This document shows positions 1-14,842 of a stretch of DNA of 64,000 nucleotides, piece by piece. A model generated the notes under the pieces. That model had not been told where the DNA came from. It saw only the letters and a list, made by a program, of their open reading frames with translations, and made no database searches. The stretch comes from Chrysomallon squamiferum (Eukaryota; Animalia; Mollusca). A program made the position numbers and the translations under genes. The stretch covers positions 24,118,001 to 24,182,000 of the forward strand of contig CM022673.1 in assembly GCA_012295275.1 (NCBI GenBank). Reading direction: 5' to 3'. The stretch's first letter is position 1. Each line of letters begins with the position of its first letter.

Positions 1-966
1 TTTTTATTTTTATTTATTTATTCATTCATTTGTTTATTTGTTTGTTTGTTTGTTTTTGTTTATTGAAAAAATAAAATAAACCCAACAACACATATCTCAG
101 TTATCAATAGCTCTATTATATAAACATTATTATTTACTTTTTTATTTTTATTTTTTATTTTTTTATTTTATTATTATTTAAAATTAAACTACTTCCCACA
201 CAGAGGTTAAAGATTTTAAAAGCAGAAGTTCTTAATTAAAGAATTGTGATCTCAATAAAAGTGGACTATTTATGTATTTAGTATTCTAAACACAGACAAT
301 TACACAATATAATTTCTATTTTCATTCTTTTATAATCCACTTTAAATCAATAAAGTCTGCAGCATTATTGATCTATTTTGGATATAATTTTTTTGTGGGT
401 TTTTTGTGACAAACTGATCAAACTGTATACTCAATGACTGCAAGTGTTCTGAACTGCAACTTTCCAATTACTAACATTACTTCTTGTGCCAAACTGCATG
501 ATGGATAGCAAGTCAATGCTATTTTCATCTCCTTCTGCCACTTCACATAACCACACATTTTTTTTCTGACAATAATTTGCCCTGTCTGGTGTGTTTGACA
601 ACAGAACAAAAACAAAAACAAAAACAAAAAAGTGGAAAAAAAACAAAATTCAGAAAGAATGAAAAAAAGTCACCTCAAAACACATTCAGATTGTTTTCTC
701 TGAAAACTGAGCTGTTTTGTAAAATGAAAAAAGTTTTTTTTTTTTTCTATCTTCTAAAACATTTGTTTGTTTATTATTATTTACCCAAAAAGTTTTTAAA
801 AGGTTTTTTTTTTTTCACTTTGTAAAGGAAAATAACCTTTTTATTTTTGAAATGTTTTGTTATTTTGGGTGAAAAGAGGGAACTAGTGTTTCAGAACAGA
901 TGGTTGTCTCCATTTCTCTGTTACAAATATATATCTCTGTGTGTGTGTGTGTGTGTGTGTGTGTAT

Positions 967-1002
<36 letters not shown>

Positions 1003-1788
1003 GTCAGTGAGTGTTTGTCTGTGTGTGCATATGTGAGTGTTTCTAATAAGAATAATGTAGGTCATAAAGTATATTACATAATATTAATGACATAAATAAA
1101 AAAGAATGACACATTATTTTGAGTTTCCATTTTGTTTTGTACATTAAATATAATGTAGAATAAAGTAATTTAAAATTCTTACTACATATTACAGTAATCA
1201 AATAACATGCATCAAACAGAATGATAAAATCAAAAAATCCAATATATATATCTTATTGCCATAATAAGTAAATCTAATTTAAAAATATGTATCTCGTAGT
1301 CACGTAAATCTGTATTACCTAATTTTTTTTTACAATTCCAATATTATAGTTATTAAATATAATTTCAGAATAAGAGTTAATATTAACATGGTATTGTGTG
1401 TGTTAAATACAGTGTATATCACATTAATTAAATATATTGTGTATTGTGATTCAAGTATTGATTAAGTTTTGATATTTTTGAAAGTTAATCAGAAAGATTT
1501 TAAGTCATTTTGCAATTTTAATTCTAGTTTTGTCTGTGGGTTCAGATGTTTAAAACTTGAAATTATAAAGAAGATTTTCAGTTGAGGGTTTGTGTGGATT
1601 TGAAAAATGATAACATTATTTGTATTTTTACAATCCTAGAACATTAATAATGGTTTTTATTTTTATTTATTTATTTATTTATTTATTTATTATTTTTATA
1701 GTCTTATATTTGCAATATTTGTAATTTGTATCTTGTGTTCTTACTTAAAAGTAGACCTAAGACATGCCATTCTTCAGTGTAAATGTAT

Positions 1789-1838
<50 letters not shown>

Positions 1839-2536
1839 ACACACACACACACACAGACCAAACCAAGTTTTTTTCTTCGCTATGTCATTATTTTGCATTT
1901 ATAATGTATCTTATATGCTTCTGTGCATGTGTGTGTGTGTGTAATGTGTGTGTTTATATATAAAAGTGAATATTTCCAACCACAATGCATGTGATTACTT
2001 GTATATATTATACAGTGTTCTACCAAACAGTAAGTCCTACTCTGTGACACATAAAAATCTGTTTTACATGAAGGAAATTAACCTAATTCAGTTATCTAGT
2101 TCCCAGGTGAATTAGACATATTCACACAGTTACAAGATCGAGTGGACTGACTGCGTTACACTCTGTTGTATTGTAGTCAGCATCACTCTCTGGACATTAA
2201 AAAAAGTTTAATATTGTATTTCTCTGATTGACTGCGTATTTCCTCGCCTCGCATAAATTTGTCTGGTTCGTAGGCGATGAACGAGATACAGGGTGTGCAG
2301 ATAGCAGAGAAACATAAACGGTTTACTGCACGCACTGCAGAAATTATTTCTTTATTATTATGATTATTTCTATTTCTTTTATGTGCCTCTCATTTTTTTT
2401 TGTGTAATTATTATTGTTATTAATATTCTTATTGTGAGTGTTATTATTATTGTTATTACTGTTATTATTATTGTTAATATTGTTATTACTGTTATTATTA
2501 GTGTTAATATTGTTAATGTTATTATTATTGTATTAT

Positions 2537-2573
<37 letters not shown>

Positions 2574-4303
2574 TGTTGTAGATCAATAGTATTTAAAAAA
2601 AATTAAAACCTTTTTCTTTTTAAGTAAATATTTCATTTATTAGACTTATAAAATATAATTCTTTTTCCTTTTTATATTATTATTTTTTTTTTATATTTCC
2701 CTTCTTTTTACCCTGTCCCATTATTTCTGATGTATTACCAATATTCATAGTTTTCATAAAATATTTTTGAAATATTTTTGAAAATTATATTTGTTTTTAA
2801 TATATTTATATTTTTCAATATATTTTATTTATTTAAAAAAAAAAGATAAAAAATTTCCTCTTTACAAAACATCTATTCATTGTTTGGACAAAAGCAACTT
2901 TCATAACATGAGATATGCTTTCCTATCTCTGCTGAGAAAACACTGATAAAACACACACATATTCAACACACACTTAAATCACAGTGTTTGTATATGTCTT
3001 GAAATTCTACACAAAGTCACAAAGTAGAGAGAAGTAATTTCTTAAGTTTTTACTTTTTATACATGGTTTTAAATTTAATTTTATTATTATTATTATTTTT
3101 TTATTTTTCATATTTTCATTTTTTTTTCTCTCTTCTCATTTTTTTTATTGTGGTTAAATAAAATGTACTGGAAAAAAAAAAATTTACTTATTTTTTTTTA
3201 TTTTTTTTTAAAATAAGTCCCTCCAGCCATCTGTTTATCTGTTCATCTGTCAGTTTATCTGACATCACAAAACCACAGCCCACGTCTTTATCAGAAAATG
3301 CACACAGACTGAGTAATATAAAACTGTGCAATAACCATAACGATGTTTTTTTTTATGCTAGATAAATTTCATTTTAAAACTTTTATTTTACTAAAAAACA
3401 TCAAAGTGATTAATTTTTCATTCTCACACCAGACACTGAATAATAAAATAAGTTAGATTTATATTTGTATTCAATGTTTTATTTATATTTATACACACAC
3501 ACACACATACACACATAAATATGTATATGTATGTAGATAAGGAGATTATGCAGTGAATTATTTTCATACAGAAATTCAGTTGTTTCTGTGTGTTTGTATA
3601 ATTTGAATTTGACTTTATTTACTTCTATTCAAACTAGTATATATTTATTTTCAGTTTCTCCAATTTAATTTAAATTTTAAATAATTTTTATTATTCAACA
3701 TATTCACATATATCTATATCTATATATATATATACATACATGTTGACTAATAAAAATTATTAATTATTAATTATTAATCTTTATGATACCAAATAGAGTT
3801 GTTGCTGACATCATTAATCTTCAAAACACTACATTTTTTTTTTATTGAAGCAGACTTTAATAACGTAACAAAATTAATTTCTGGTATTGTATTTAGGCAT
3901 TGTAGCAGTCTTTGGCTTTACTTGGTGAGAAAGAAACCCTCATACAAATAGATGATCTATTAGAGAAAAGATAACATCAGAAAGATATTCCAGTGATTGT
4001 TGTATGACTAAGTCAGTGTGTGGGCTGGAGATGTTTTTCTCTAATGGCTGCCAATAACGAGACATTAATGAAACATTAACCTTAGCAAGCATTAGGTGAT
4101 TGAAATAAAAACAATTAGCTATTGTACTGAGTCACCTGTGCATAAAAAAAAAACATTCTTTTGTGACACTGAAAGAAAACTAACAACAGATATCTAGTAA
4201 ATCTTTATATACAAAACTTTCTCTTGTATGTGTGTATGTGCACATATGTGTGTGTCTGTACATCTGGTATTGGATGTGGATGTTTCTGTGAATATGGTGT
4301 CTG

Positions 4304-4343
<40 letters not shown>

Positions 4344-5448
4344 TGATTATCTTCTAAGAGCTAAAACATCATTAAATAAACATCATTAAAACAGGAAAAA
4401 CAATAATTTCATTTAAATCTTTTTAAAAATTGTTACAAATGACTTTTTGATGTTTTATTAGAAACACTTAAAAAGATATTTACAAAATTGTTTTCCATGA
4501 TGACAGCAATTTATTGGTAACTTGCAATTTTCATCTTTTAAAAGATTTTTTTTGTATTGATTTTTTAAAAACAAATTATGAAAGTCTTTTTTTTTAAATC
4601 TTTGAAAGAAAAATTACAAGAAATGAAAAAAGAAAATAAATCTAAATTGTTTTGTTTTTGTTTTTTTAAATAATTAGGAATGGCATGATTATTTTTTTTT
4701 TTTTTTATTATTTATTTTATTTTATTTTATTTATTTTTTTTTTTTTATTAAAAATGTAGATAAAAAAAGAATTTTAAGAGTTTATAAGATACTAATTTCC
4801 TATTACCTGCTGTATATTCATTTCATCATAGTGTTTAGATAAAAAAAAAAAAGGTTTACCTGTCAGATAAATGTTTCTTAATTACTCGTTAAACCTCTTA
4901 ATTAAATTTAACAGATCAGTGAGACTGATAAACATTTGTTTATTTCCTGATCTGCCTGATTAAACGAGAAAACTTGATGACAGGTGTTTCCAGGTGAATG
5001 ACACCTGACAAACACATTTTATTCTTAAACCTGTCTTCATTTATAGGGCAGACAGGTGAATTTTTTTTTTTTTTTTTTTCCTCTTTTAAAACGAAATCAA
5101 AGAAATCCTTTTGAAATGTATCTGGTTGTGGTATGGAGTTGTTAAAAAAAAAAAAAAAAACAAACATATTTGGAGAAACATAAAAGAGTTGCTGGAAGTG
5201 AAGCCCATCTTATTGCATTTTGTTAGAAACAACTGAAAACAAAATAAACACTGGAGAGTAGATGTTTAAAAACAAAAAAAAAACAACAAAAAAAAAAAAA
5301 AAAAAAACCCATATAAACGAAGAGAAAAATCAGGAAAAAAACTGATTTTAAAAAAAAAAAAAAAAAAAAAGTCCTGTATGTATGTATTGATCAGTGATCT
5401 TTATTTATTTATTTATTTATTCATCTATTTATTTATTTGTTTGTTTGT

Positions 5449-5483
<35 letters not shown>

Positions 5484-5708
5484 TTTTAGAAATGAATACT
5501 GGTACAACATGTAAGTTATAATAGACAGGTAGTTCATGTATACACCATCATTTTAAAAAACCCACAAAATACCTCACAGATCTAAATTGATATCACAAAG
5601 TACATCTTGTAATTTGATTCAACACATAAGTTGTGATTTTCAAATCAGTAAAACAGAATCATTGAAGTTACTATCAAAGTTAAAAGTGTTGAAGTCTGTA
5701 ACTTCCTG

Positions 5709-5830
5709 CATAAGTTATTCTTTAGAAGTCATTTTAACACAATGTAACTGTTATGATACACATAAGTTATTCTTTAGAAGTCATTTTAACACAATGTAAC
5801 TGTTATGATACACATATGTCATTTTAACAA
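5709..5830. repeat. 52-bp tandem duplication
   Basis: cataagttattctttagaagtcattttaacacaatgtaactgttatgataca at 5709 and 5761. Confidence 0.9.
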
Positions 5831-5839
5831 AATGCGGCT

Positions 5840-6151
5840 GTTTTCACAAATTGCAGCCATACACCAACTCCATTACATACAAACTAATCTCCATACACCA
5901 TCCATTCATTTTAAACAAAATCCATACACCAACTTTTCACAAATTGCAGCCATACACCAACTCCATTACATACAAACTAATCTCCATACACCAACTCCAT
6001 TACATACAAACTAATCTCCATACACCAACTCCATTACTTACAAACTAATCTCCATACACCAACTCCATTACATACAAACTAATCTCCATACACCAACTCC
6101 ATTACATACAAACTAATCTCCATACACCAACTCCATTACATACAAACTAAT
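5840..6151. repeat. 34-bp minisatellite
   Basis: ccatacaccaactccattacatacaaactaatct, about 7 copies. Confidence 0.92.
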
Positions 6152-7109
6152 GTCATGAGTTATTTTGTTTTTTTAATTGCTGTTAGAAAACAAAGATCAT
6201 GAATTAGAATCCCGTTTCTCTGCACAAATCAATATATAAAAGTACAGCTATAAGGCTTTCACAATGCACATAAGTTATTCTTTTAAAATAGTTACTGCGG
6301 AATCAGATGCTATTTTCCAATTAAAGAATTTTCCTGCCAACATAATTTTTCATGATTGCAAAGTAATAAAGCTGTCTGTTGAAAATTAAGTCTTTGATGG
6401 AAACAAAGGAAATTGTTTTTCTTCAGTGGAAATAGATCAGAATCTAATCAGTCAGCTTTTATTAGATCTCGTGAGGTTTTTTTTTTTTTCAAAAATGATT
6501 TCATAGCTGATTGTCGAGATAAATATCTAAATCAAGAAGTAGATTGCATGTTTAAAAGTGCATGACTGACATAGCATTTGAGTTTGTCAGGTTGTGAGGG
6601 TTTTTTTTGTTGTTCTTTTTTTTTTTTTTCTCCACCTGTATTTTTATCCCACCTCTCAGTTGTTGTTTTTGTTCTGTGCACGTTAGATGTAGATGGATGG
6701 CAGTGTGGTGTGATTGACAGGTCTGATAAAGAAGCAGTTAAATCGTTTGTCAAAAAGTGCAGTCACAAACTGAACTGTTTGCTCCACAGGCAGCACGTGG
6801 CAACACCATCACGGTGACTGCGTGATGTACTAACACAACGACGTCATCATCATACTGCCTGTAGTCATAACAGTGTTATTACTGAGTAATTAGTACTACA
6901 ACCACATACATGTAACCCACTGTTAGTTTGTGTTTACTACTTTGTTATTATATTATACGCGTTTCATCAAGTGATTATAATGTTATTAATATTCCGTAAT
7001 TAGTTAAATGTATGCACAATGTTATGTACGGTATGTTATTGGATATTTAATACTTGTATTCAATATGTAATAACATATATTATTATATATTCATTACTCT
7101 GATAGGTCA

Positions 7110-7345
7110 AGAAACACTGTTTCTAAATAAAAATGTCTGTCAGTAAACTGTATCTAAATAAAATGACTATGTCGATAAACACTGGTCCAAAATAAAATGA
7201 CTGTCAGTAAACACTGTTTCTAAACAAAATGACTGTCAGTAAACACTGTTTCTAAACAAAATGACTACGTCTGTAAATACTGTTTCTAAATAAAATGACT
7301 GTCAGTAAACACTGTTTCTAAATAAAATGACTAGGTCAGTGAAAC
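7110..7345. repeat. 32-36-bp minisatellite
   Basis: aaacactgtttctaaataaaatgactgtcagt, about 7 diverged copies. Confidence 0.88.
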
Positions 7346-7615
7346 ACTTAACCTATGTGACCTCTTTGATGAAATATCTTTAAAGAGAATTTTAGAATAT
7401 TTAAATTTATTTAATTTTTAAATATATATATTAGCAAAGGCAGAATTCCAATATTAAAACCCTAAAACACACATAATTTTATGACTGTTGAAAATCGAAC
7501 ATAATTTTGAACATGTACAAACAGTTACTGCTGTTTTCCGTGCATTAAGTCATATATTTAGCAACTGTACATGTCTAATACAGCTTTTGTAAGTTAGCAC
7601 AAGGGGAAAAAAATA

Positions 7616-7650
<35 letters not shown>

Positions 7651-8191
7651 GAAAACATGTCTGAAAAAAAGAGGAAAAAAGTAGTGTGTATTTCAGAATT
7701 TCTAAAAATAACACTAAAGTTTTATAACTCAAAGTCATTGTTATAGAGAAACCAATCACATATCAGTCACGTTAAAAAAAAAAAAAAAATTAAAAAAGAT
7801 AAAGAAGAAAAAATATAGCACTTTAAAATGTTTAAATCTGCTTTTAAAGGTTTTTATTGATTTGGTAAAACTGCAGGGTTTTCAATCTCAGTTTGGTGAT
7901 ATTAAAAGATGTTTTAAAAGTTGCTGAAAGACTGAAGTGACTTTGTGGAAATTGATCAGTAATGTGCTGTTCAAAGAAGAAAACAAAAACGTTTTACATG
8001 TGTACTACGATACAGCGAATAATATAGTTTTTATCTGTGATTTATTTAACACTTTGTAGATAAATAAAATCATTTAATGACGTAGGTTAAATAAAATAAC
8101 GTCTCTGTGTATGCTTTCTTGAACAAATCTAATAAACTGATATCAGTAAACAGACATGAAATAGATACACATAAAAAGGCTTGAAATTAGC

Positions 8192-9066
8192 TCATGAAAT
8201 ACATAAACAAGCAAAATTACATATATAAACTAGACATGAAATAAACAAGTGTAAAATAAACCTGTATGAAATAAACAAGTGTAAAATAAACCTGTATGAA
8301 ATAAACCAGTCTAAAATAAATCTGTATGAAATAAACAAGTGTAAAATAAATCTGTATGAAATAAACAAATGTAAAATAAACCTGTATGAAACAAACAAAT
8401 GTAAAATAAACCTGTATGAAATAAACTAGTGTAAAATAAATCTGTATGAAATAAACAAGTGTAAAATAAATCTGTATGAAATAAACAAGTGTAAAATAAA
8501 TCTGTATGAAATAAACAAGTATGAAATAAACCTGTATGAAACAAACAAGTGTAAAATAAATCTGTATGAAATAAACAAGTGTAAAATAAATCTGTATGAA
8601 ACAAACAAGTGTAAAATAAACCTGTATGAAATAAACAAATGTAAAATAAACCTGTATGAAATAAACAAGTGTAAAATAAACCAGTATGAAATAAACAAGT
8701 GTATGAAATAAACAAGTGTATGAAATAAACCTGTATGAAATAAACAAGTGTAAAATAAACCTGTATGAAATAAACAAGTGTATGAAATAAACCTGTATGA
8801 AATAAACAAGTGTAAAATAAACCTGTATGAAATAAACAAGTGTATGAAATAAACAAGTATATGAAATAAACCTGTATGAAATAAACAAGTGTAAAATAAA
8901 CCTGTATGAAATAAATGAGTGTAAAATAAACCTGTATGAAATAAACAAGTGTAAAATAAAGCTGTATGAAATAAATGAGTATAAAATAAAGCTGTATGAA
9001 ATAAACAAATGTAAATTAAACCTGTATGAAATAAGCCAGTGTAAAATAAACCTGTATGAAATAAAC
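8192..9066. repeat. 30-bp minisatellite (source of the spurious 283, 214 and 181-aa ORFs)
   Basis: gtgtaaaataaacctgtatgaaataaacaa repeated over ~870 bp; it looks like a dimer of a 14-16-bp subunit. Confidence 0.97.
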
Positions 9067-9514
9067 ACACAAAATAAACAGAGTAACAGCTGATTAAATT
9101 CAGTGACTTATTATTGTGTCAGTCATGAGTCATCACAATTTGTTTCATCAATTTACTTTGTCTCAAAATATCCCTGAATTATTTTATAAAAGAACAAAAT
9201 GAACATTGAAATTTAATGAATTATTTTTGTTCAAAAATATCCTTGAATTGTTAAAAAAAACCCACTGAACATGAAAACTGAATTATTGTTTTGTGTAATT
9301 GCTGCATGTTTTCATGTTAGTATTGTAAAATATTTGGTCAATGATTTTCTAGCTCTCATAAAACACAGTCTGTGAGATATCAGGAGTTACCAAACACTAG
9401 CATATGTAAAATAGTCCTTGCTACTAGTTAAAAAAAAAAAAAAACCACTGTGTGATGTAGCAGATTTAACAATAGCTATATTTCAGTATAACTGCTGGTG
9501 ACAAATATGTTAGA

Positions 9515-9656
9515 ACATTGTTAAATATAACAGTTATAACTTGTATGACATATAGTTAGTTACACGTTGTTAAATATAAGTTATAACGTGTATGACATAT
9601 TGTTACACATTGTTAAATATAACAGTTATAACCTGTTTGATGTATTGTTACACATA
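9515..9656. repeat. ~45-50-bp tandem repeat x3
   Basis: acattgttaaatataacagttataac...gttacac units. Confidence 0.8.
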
Positions 9657-9706
9657 AACATTTCACCACGAAAACAGATACACGTGTTGTACATTGAAAC
9701 TGGTTG

Positions 9707-9883
9707 GATTGGGAAATAGTCTAATAACTGAGAAACAGTGAATTTCTACAATCCACCATGTCTTGAGCAGAGGCTCTGTGGTTGAGTTAGATTGGGAAAT
9801 AGTCTAATAACTGAGAAACAGTGAATTTCTACAATCCACCATGTCTCAAACAGAGGCTCTGTGGTTGAGTTAGATTGGGAAAT
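9707..9883. repeat. 83-bp tandem duplication
   Basis: gattgggaaata at 9707, 9790 and 9873. Confidence 0.92.
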
Positions 9884-10559
9884 AAACCATTGACAGTTGA
9901 GAAGAAATATTATTTGGAATGTAATGTGAACTTTTATTACAGTAAAAATATTAAATTATCAGATAGTAAACAGCTGTGAAACCAGAAAAATAACCGTGTT
10001 TGGGGTTTTTTCTTTGATTTTTGCTTAAAGTATTTTTTATTTTGTTTTATTTTTTTATTTTTTTTTATATATATTTTTTTTATTGTTTTTTATTTTTATT
10101 TTTTGTCATTACAATCCTCTTACATTAATACTGTTTGAAGTCAAACACTACAACAGATTATTTTTGACAGTGTTATCACAGATAAAAAAAAAAAAAAGAA
10201 GATGTAGAAAGGTTCTGCCTTTGATTTGCTATTGAAACCTTTTTAAAATGAAAAACTGAATGATATAGAAGAAATGGATGAATGAATACGAGTGTAAAGA
10301 AACTATATGAAATGTATCGAGTCAGAGACAAGGGCTGGTCTGTCATTATAAACAGAAAATAAAAACTCAGGTGATCTGAGTTGTAGCCACACACTTGACA
10401 GTGTGTTGAACTGTAACACAATAAACAGCATCAGTTGCTACAGCAAAAAACAACACTTTGAGTGTTCGTATCATGATGGTATTGATCAAACACTGAAATA
10501 TGATCAAAGTTCATAAATACCAGCAAGATAAAAATCTGCCTTGTTTTTTTCTCAGTTTT

Positions 10560-10595
<36 letters not shown>

Positions 10596-12126
10596 CTTTT
10601 TACTCTTTTGAAAATTTCATATTTAGAAATGTTCAAAAAGCAGTACAAACTACTTCACACGACTTTAAAAGCAACACAACTTGTAAATCTGTGTTGTGCA
10701 GTTTTCTACATTTTCTCTTCAGTGTGAGATTTTTTTTTTTATCTGACACTGGATTGCTTGTTCATCATTGAGTTATTTCATGTTCCACACATGCAGTTGT
10801 CAATTCCCAGGATATTACTGTTCATGGGAAGGCATAGACAAGAGAGCTTTAACAGTAAACTGAAAAATGAAACAGGTCTACAATGAAGACTAGGATTTGA
10901 AAAACAAGTCACCTCCAGTAATTATGTGAAAATTGCAAAACAATTGGTTCTATCTCTCTTTCTCATTTTATCTTTTTCTTTTTCTGTTTTTTTTTTTTTT
11001 CTTTCTTTTTTTTTTTTCTGGTATTTTTTTCTGGAAAAAGAAGATATCAGTTTCTGTTCATTAAGCTTTCAGTGGTAACAAACTAAAATTAGTTTTAAAT
11101 TTGTGATAAAAAAACAAAAACAAAAACAAAACACGTCTGGTTTTAATGGAAATCTCCAAAATAGAAACATCAATACAAAAAAAAAAAATGTACCTGTTCA
11201 CTTTGTTGCCATGACAACTGCAAATGAATATGAATATTTTACAAAGTTAAACAATATGTCTCTGTTGTAACAGTTAATAAATATGTCAGTAGTTTAATGG
11301 ATATGCCATTCAGATATCGTGCGAAATAAAAAATGTTTGTCATTCAACTATAATGATTATCAAATATTGATTGGTCACTAGGAAATGAAACTCTCTCAAA
11401 TTTCTAACTATATTTAAATGTTTAATTTACAAAAAACAACAACAGACTTCTAATTACATTTAAATATTTAATTTATAAAAAAAAAACCCAGATTTTCAAT
11501 TGTATTTAAATTTTTAATCTGCGAAAACACTGAGACTGTATTTAGTTTACAAGGTAACATTAATTACACCCACTGCTTTTCCCGAGGTCTGGTTTTTAAA
11601 AAAGGAAACTGATGTCAGTTAAAAATGTGCATCTTCTTCCTTCGAGGCATCATCAGTTTTCATTACCATTCAGCCAGTGCACTGCTCTGAGGAAACGTTC
11701 TAGCGAGCACTCTCAGTAGTCTGCGTAATTAGTTTACGTAACACAAGCAGCCTGCATCACAGAATAGATGTGATGACTCACCCAAAATGTTTGTAATGTG
11801 CAGCTTGTATGACATCATATAGATGATTTAGAATCAAACAGATGCACTTACTCTTACTGTTCTGTTTTAGTAGCAGCAAGAAATTATTTATGTACCTTCC
11901 CATAGACAGAAAGAATGCTCAGCTGGAACTGGAAATGAATTATGGGTGCACTGACAAGTATTGATTCTTTAGCCCAACACATATCAGATCTGACTACAGG
12001 CTTGTTTCCCACTGTATGCACTGGTTAAGAGGGTAATGTTAAGACTGGAAGTATGTGAGATCAAGTTGTGATACTAGCTCCCATTCAAAATAACAACTAC
12101 CACAAAATTCTGTGTTCTAACTTATC

Positions 12127-13060
12127 CCACTAACTTATTAACATCATATTGAAGTTAAAACAGAATTTGTGTTTGTCCAGTAGTCTATATTCTAGTCCAC
12201 TAACTTATTAACATCATACTGAAGTTAAAACAGAATTTGTGTTTGTCCAGTAGTCTATAATTCTAATCCACTAACTTACTAACATCATACTGAAGTTAAA
12301 ACAGAATTTGTGTTTGTCCAGTAGTCTATATTCTAATCCACTAACTTACTAACATCATACTGAAGTTAAAATGGAATTTGTGTTTGTCCTGTAGTCTATA
12401 TTCTAGTCCACTAACTTACTAACATCATACTGAAGTTAAAACAGAATTTGTGTTTATCCAGTAGTCTATCTTCTAATCCACTAACTTACTAACATTGAAG
12501 TTAAAACAGAATTTGTGTTTGTCCAGTAGTCTATCTTCTAATCCACTAACTTACTAACATTGAAGTTAAAACAGAATTTGTGTTTGTCCAGTAGTCTATA
12601 TTCTATTCCACTAAATTCGTAAAACAGAATTTGTGTTTGTCGTAACATTCAACTGAACAGATAAAGCAGAAGTGTTGTTTGTCCAGTAGTCAATATTCTA
12701 GTCCACTAACTTACTAACATCTTACTGAAGTTAGATCTGAATTTGTGTTTGTCCAGTAGTCAATATTCTAATCCACTAACTTACTAACATCATAATCCAC
12801 TAACTACCACTAACATCATCTTACTGAAGTTAGATCTGAATTTGTGTTTGTCCAGTAGTCTATATTCTAATCCACTAACTTACTAACATCTTACTGAAGT
12901 TAGATCTGAATTTGTGTTTGTCCAGTAGTCAATATTCTAATCCACTAACTTACTAACATTGAAGTTAAAACAGAATTTGTGTTTGTCCAGTAGTCTATAT
13001 TCTAATCCACTAACGTCATAACATTCAACTGAACAGATAAAACAGAAGTGTTGTTTGTCC
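12127..13060. repeat. 70-bp minisatellite, ~13 copies with variants
   Basis: ccactaacttactaacatcatactgaagttaaaacagaatttgtgtttgtccagtagtctatattctaat. Confidence 0.96.
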
Positions 13061-14004
13061 AATGTATGTTTGAATGTTTAGTCAGTGTGTGTTTGATACA
13101 GTTGATTGACTGCGTTGTCTACACAACAAATTAATCAACACCAGACACAAACGGTTTTGTTAGTGTAATGAGTCAGAGATAAACATGTAAAGTGTTGTGA
13201 ATTAATTATTAATGAATTTTTTTATTTTATTATTTCTCTCATTTTACTTCTTATTTGCAACACGTACAGTTTTAACCTTGTTGTTCTACTGTCTTAGTAC
13301 ACTTATTCACAGATTCATTCAGACATCCATTATTCATTAATTCAATCACCAACTCATTGGTGGTTTTTTTCAGTACATCAGTAATTTATTCATCCACTTA
13401 TTCCTTCGGTCGTTGCCACTCATTCACTGCCATTATTTTTTTTATTATTATTCATTCATTCATTCATTCATTTGTTCTTTCCTTTTTTCTAACTCTGTTA
13501 GTTTCTTCTTTCATCCATTTTGAAACCACCAGTGTCAGCTCTGAAACCCTATTGATATTCTATTTTTAAATTATTGTTTTCTTAACAAAACTCCGCTAGA
13601 AAAGTGATCTGCATCTCTGTGCACTCATGCATCTTGCTTCATTCAGATGGTGACAGACAGACGGATGAACATTCCTGTCAGAGTTTAACTGTGACTAATT
13701 AATGACATCATCGTTTTATTTCTGTCTGCAAGAAAAACTGGTGTCTGTCTGTGTCAGCGTGCTTTTGTGTGGATGGACAGACAGACAGATAAATGAAAAG
13801 AGAGAAAGAAAGAGAAGATGAAAGGAGAGAAAATTAGAGAAAGAAAGAGAAGATGAAAGGAGAGAAAATTAGAGAAAGATTATTAAGATGTTAGGGATTT
13901 ACTTACAGTCTCTCTCCTAAATAAACTCCCAACACGTTTGTCAATACTGTTTAGCTGATATTAGAGCTAAATTAATTTGAACTGAGATTTATATTTCAGT
14001 AAAA

Positions 14005-14500
14005 TATCTACTACAACCATCACCTCCACCATCACCACTGCTACTACTATTATTACTGTTACTGCTTACTACCTCTACTACACCTACTATTACTGCTACT
14101 ACTACTACCTCTATTACAGCTGCTATTACTACTTACTACTACAACTATTACAACTACTATTACTGCTACTACTACTACCTCTATTACAGCTACTATTACT
14201 ACTTACTACTACAACTATTACAACTACTGCTACTACTGCTGCTGCTTCTACTATTATAATTGTTACTACTACTACTATTACACCATTGTTATTATTACCA
14301 CTACTGATAACAGCAACAATTACTACCACTGAAACTCGAACAACTGCACTAATATACTACTACTACTTCTATTGCAGCAACTAATATACTACTATGACAA
14401 GTAATAGTAGTTATTTTACTATTAAATACATACATTTCAGTTTAGATTAATTTAATTATAATAACAGCTACTACTACTATTACTGCTACTACTGCTTCTA
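14005..14500. repeat. (ACT)n-type degenerate trinucleotide tract with an internal duplication
   Basis: actactact / actgct runs. Confidence 0.85.
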
Positions 14501-14777
14501 ATAATAATAATAGTTATAATAGCTTATATTAAAATTTACGTTTTTATGTATGTCCATAAATAATTGTGTTAATTAATAATATTACTTAACAGTTAATGTA
14601 ATTTTCTTGATCATTGTTTTATTAAATTCCCTGGGTACGGTAGTAAAATATTTTTAAAATATTATTTAAAATTAATTAATATCAGTATTAAAATTTTGCT
14701 TATATAGGTGGGAAACAAAAATATAGTTATAAAATGTATTGACTGAATATATCATATTGAGACAAAGACACAGAGAT

Positions 14778-14842
<65 letters not shown>

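Noticed and set aside
6698-6720. TGGCAGTGTGGT match to the 5' end of miR-34
   Set aside because: Only 12 nt match, the 3' half differs and no hairpin partner is visible.
8192-9070. Long minus-strand ORFs of 283, 214 and 181 aa
   Set aside because: They are translations of a 30-bp minisatellite, open in several frames, with no protein-like complexity.
12127-13060. 70-bp array as CRISPR or coding repeat
   Set aside because: Head-to-tail units without unique spacers and no ORF.
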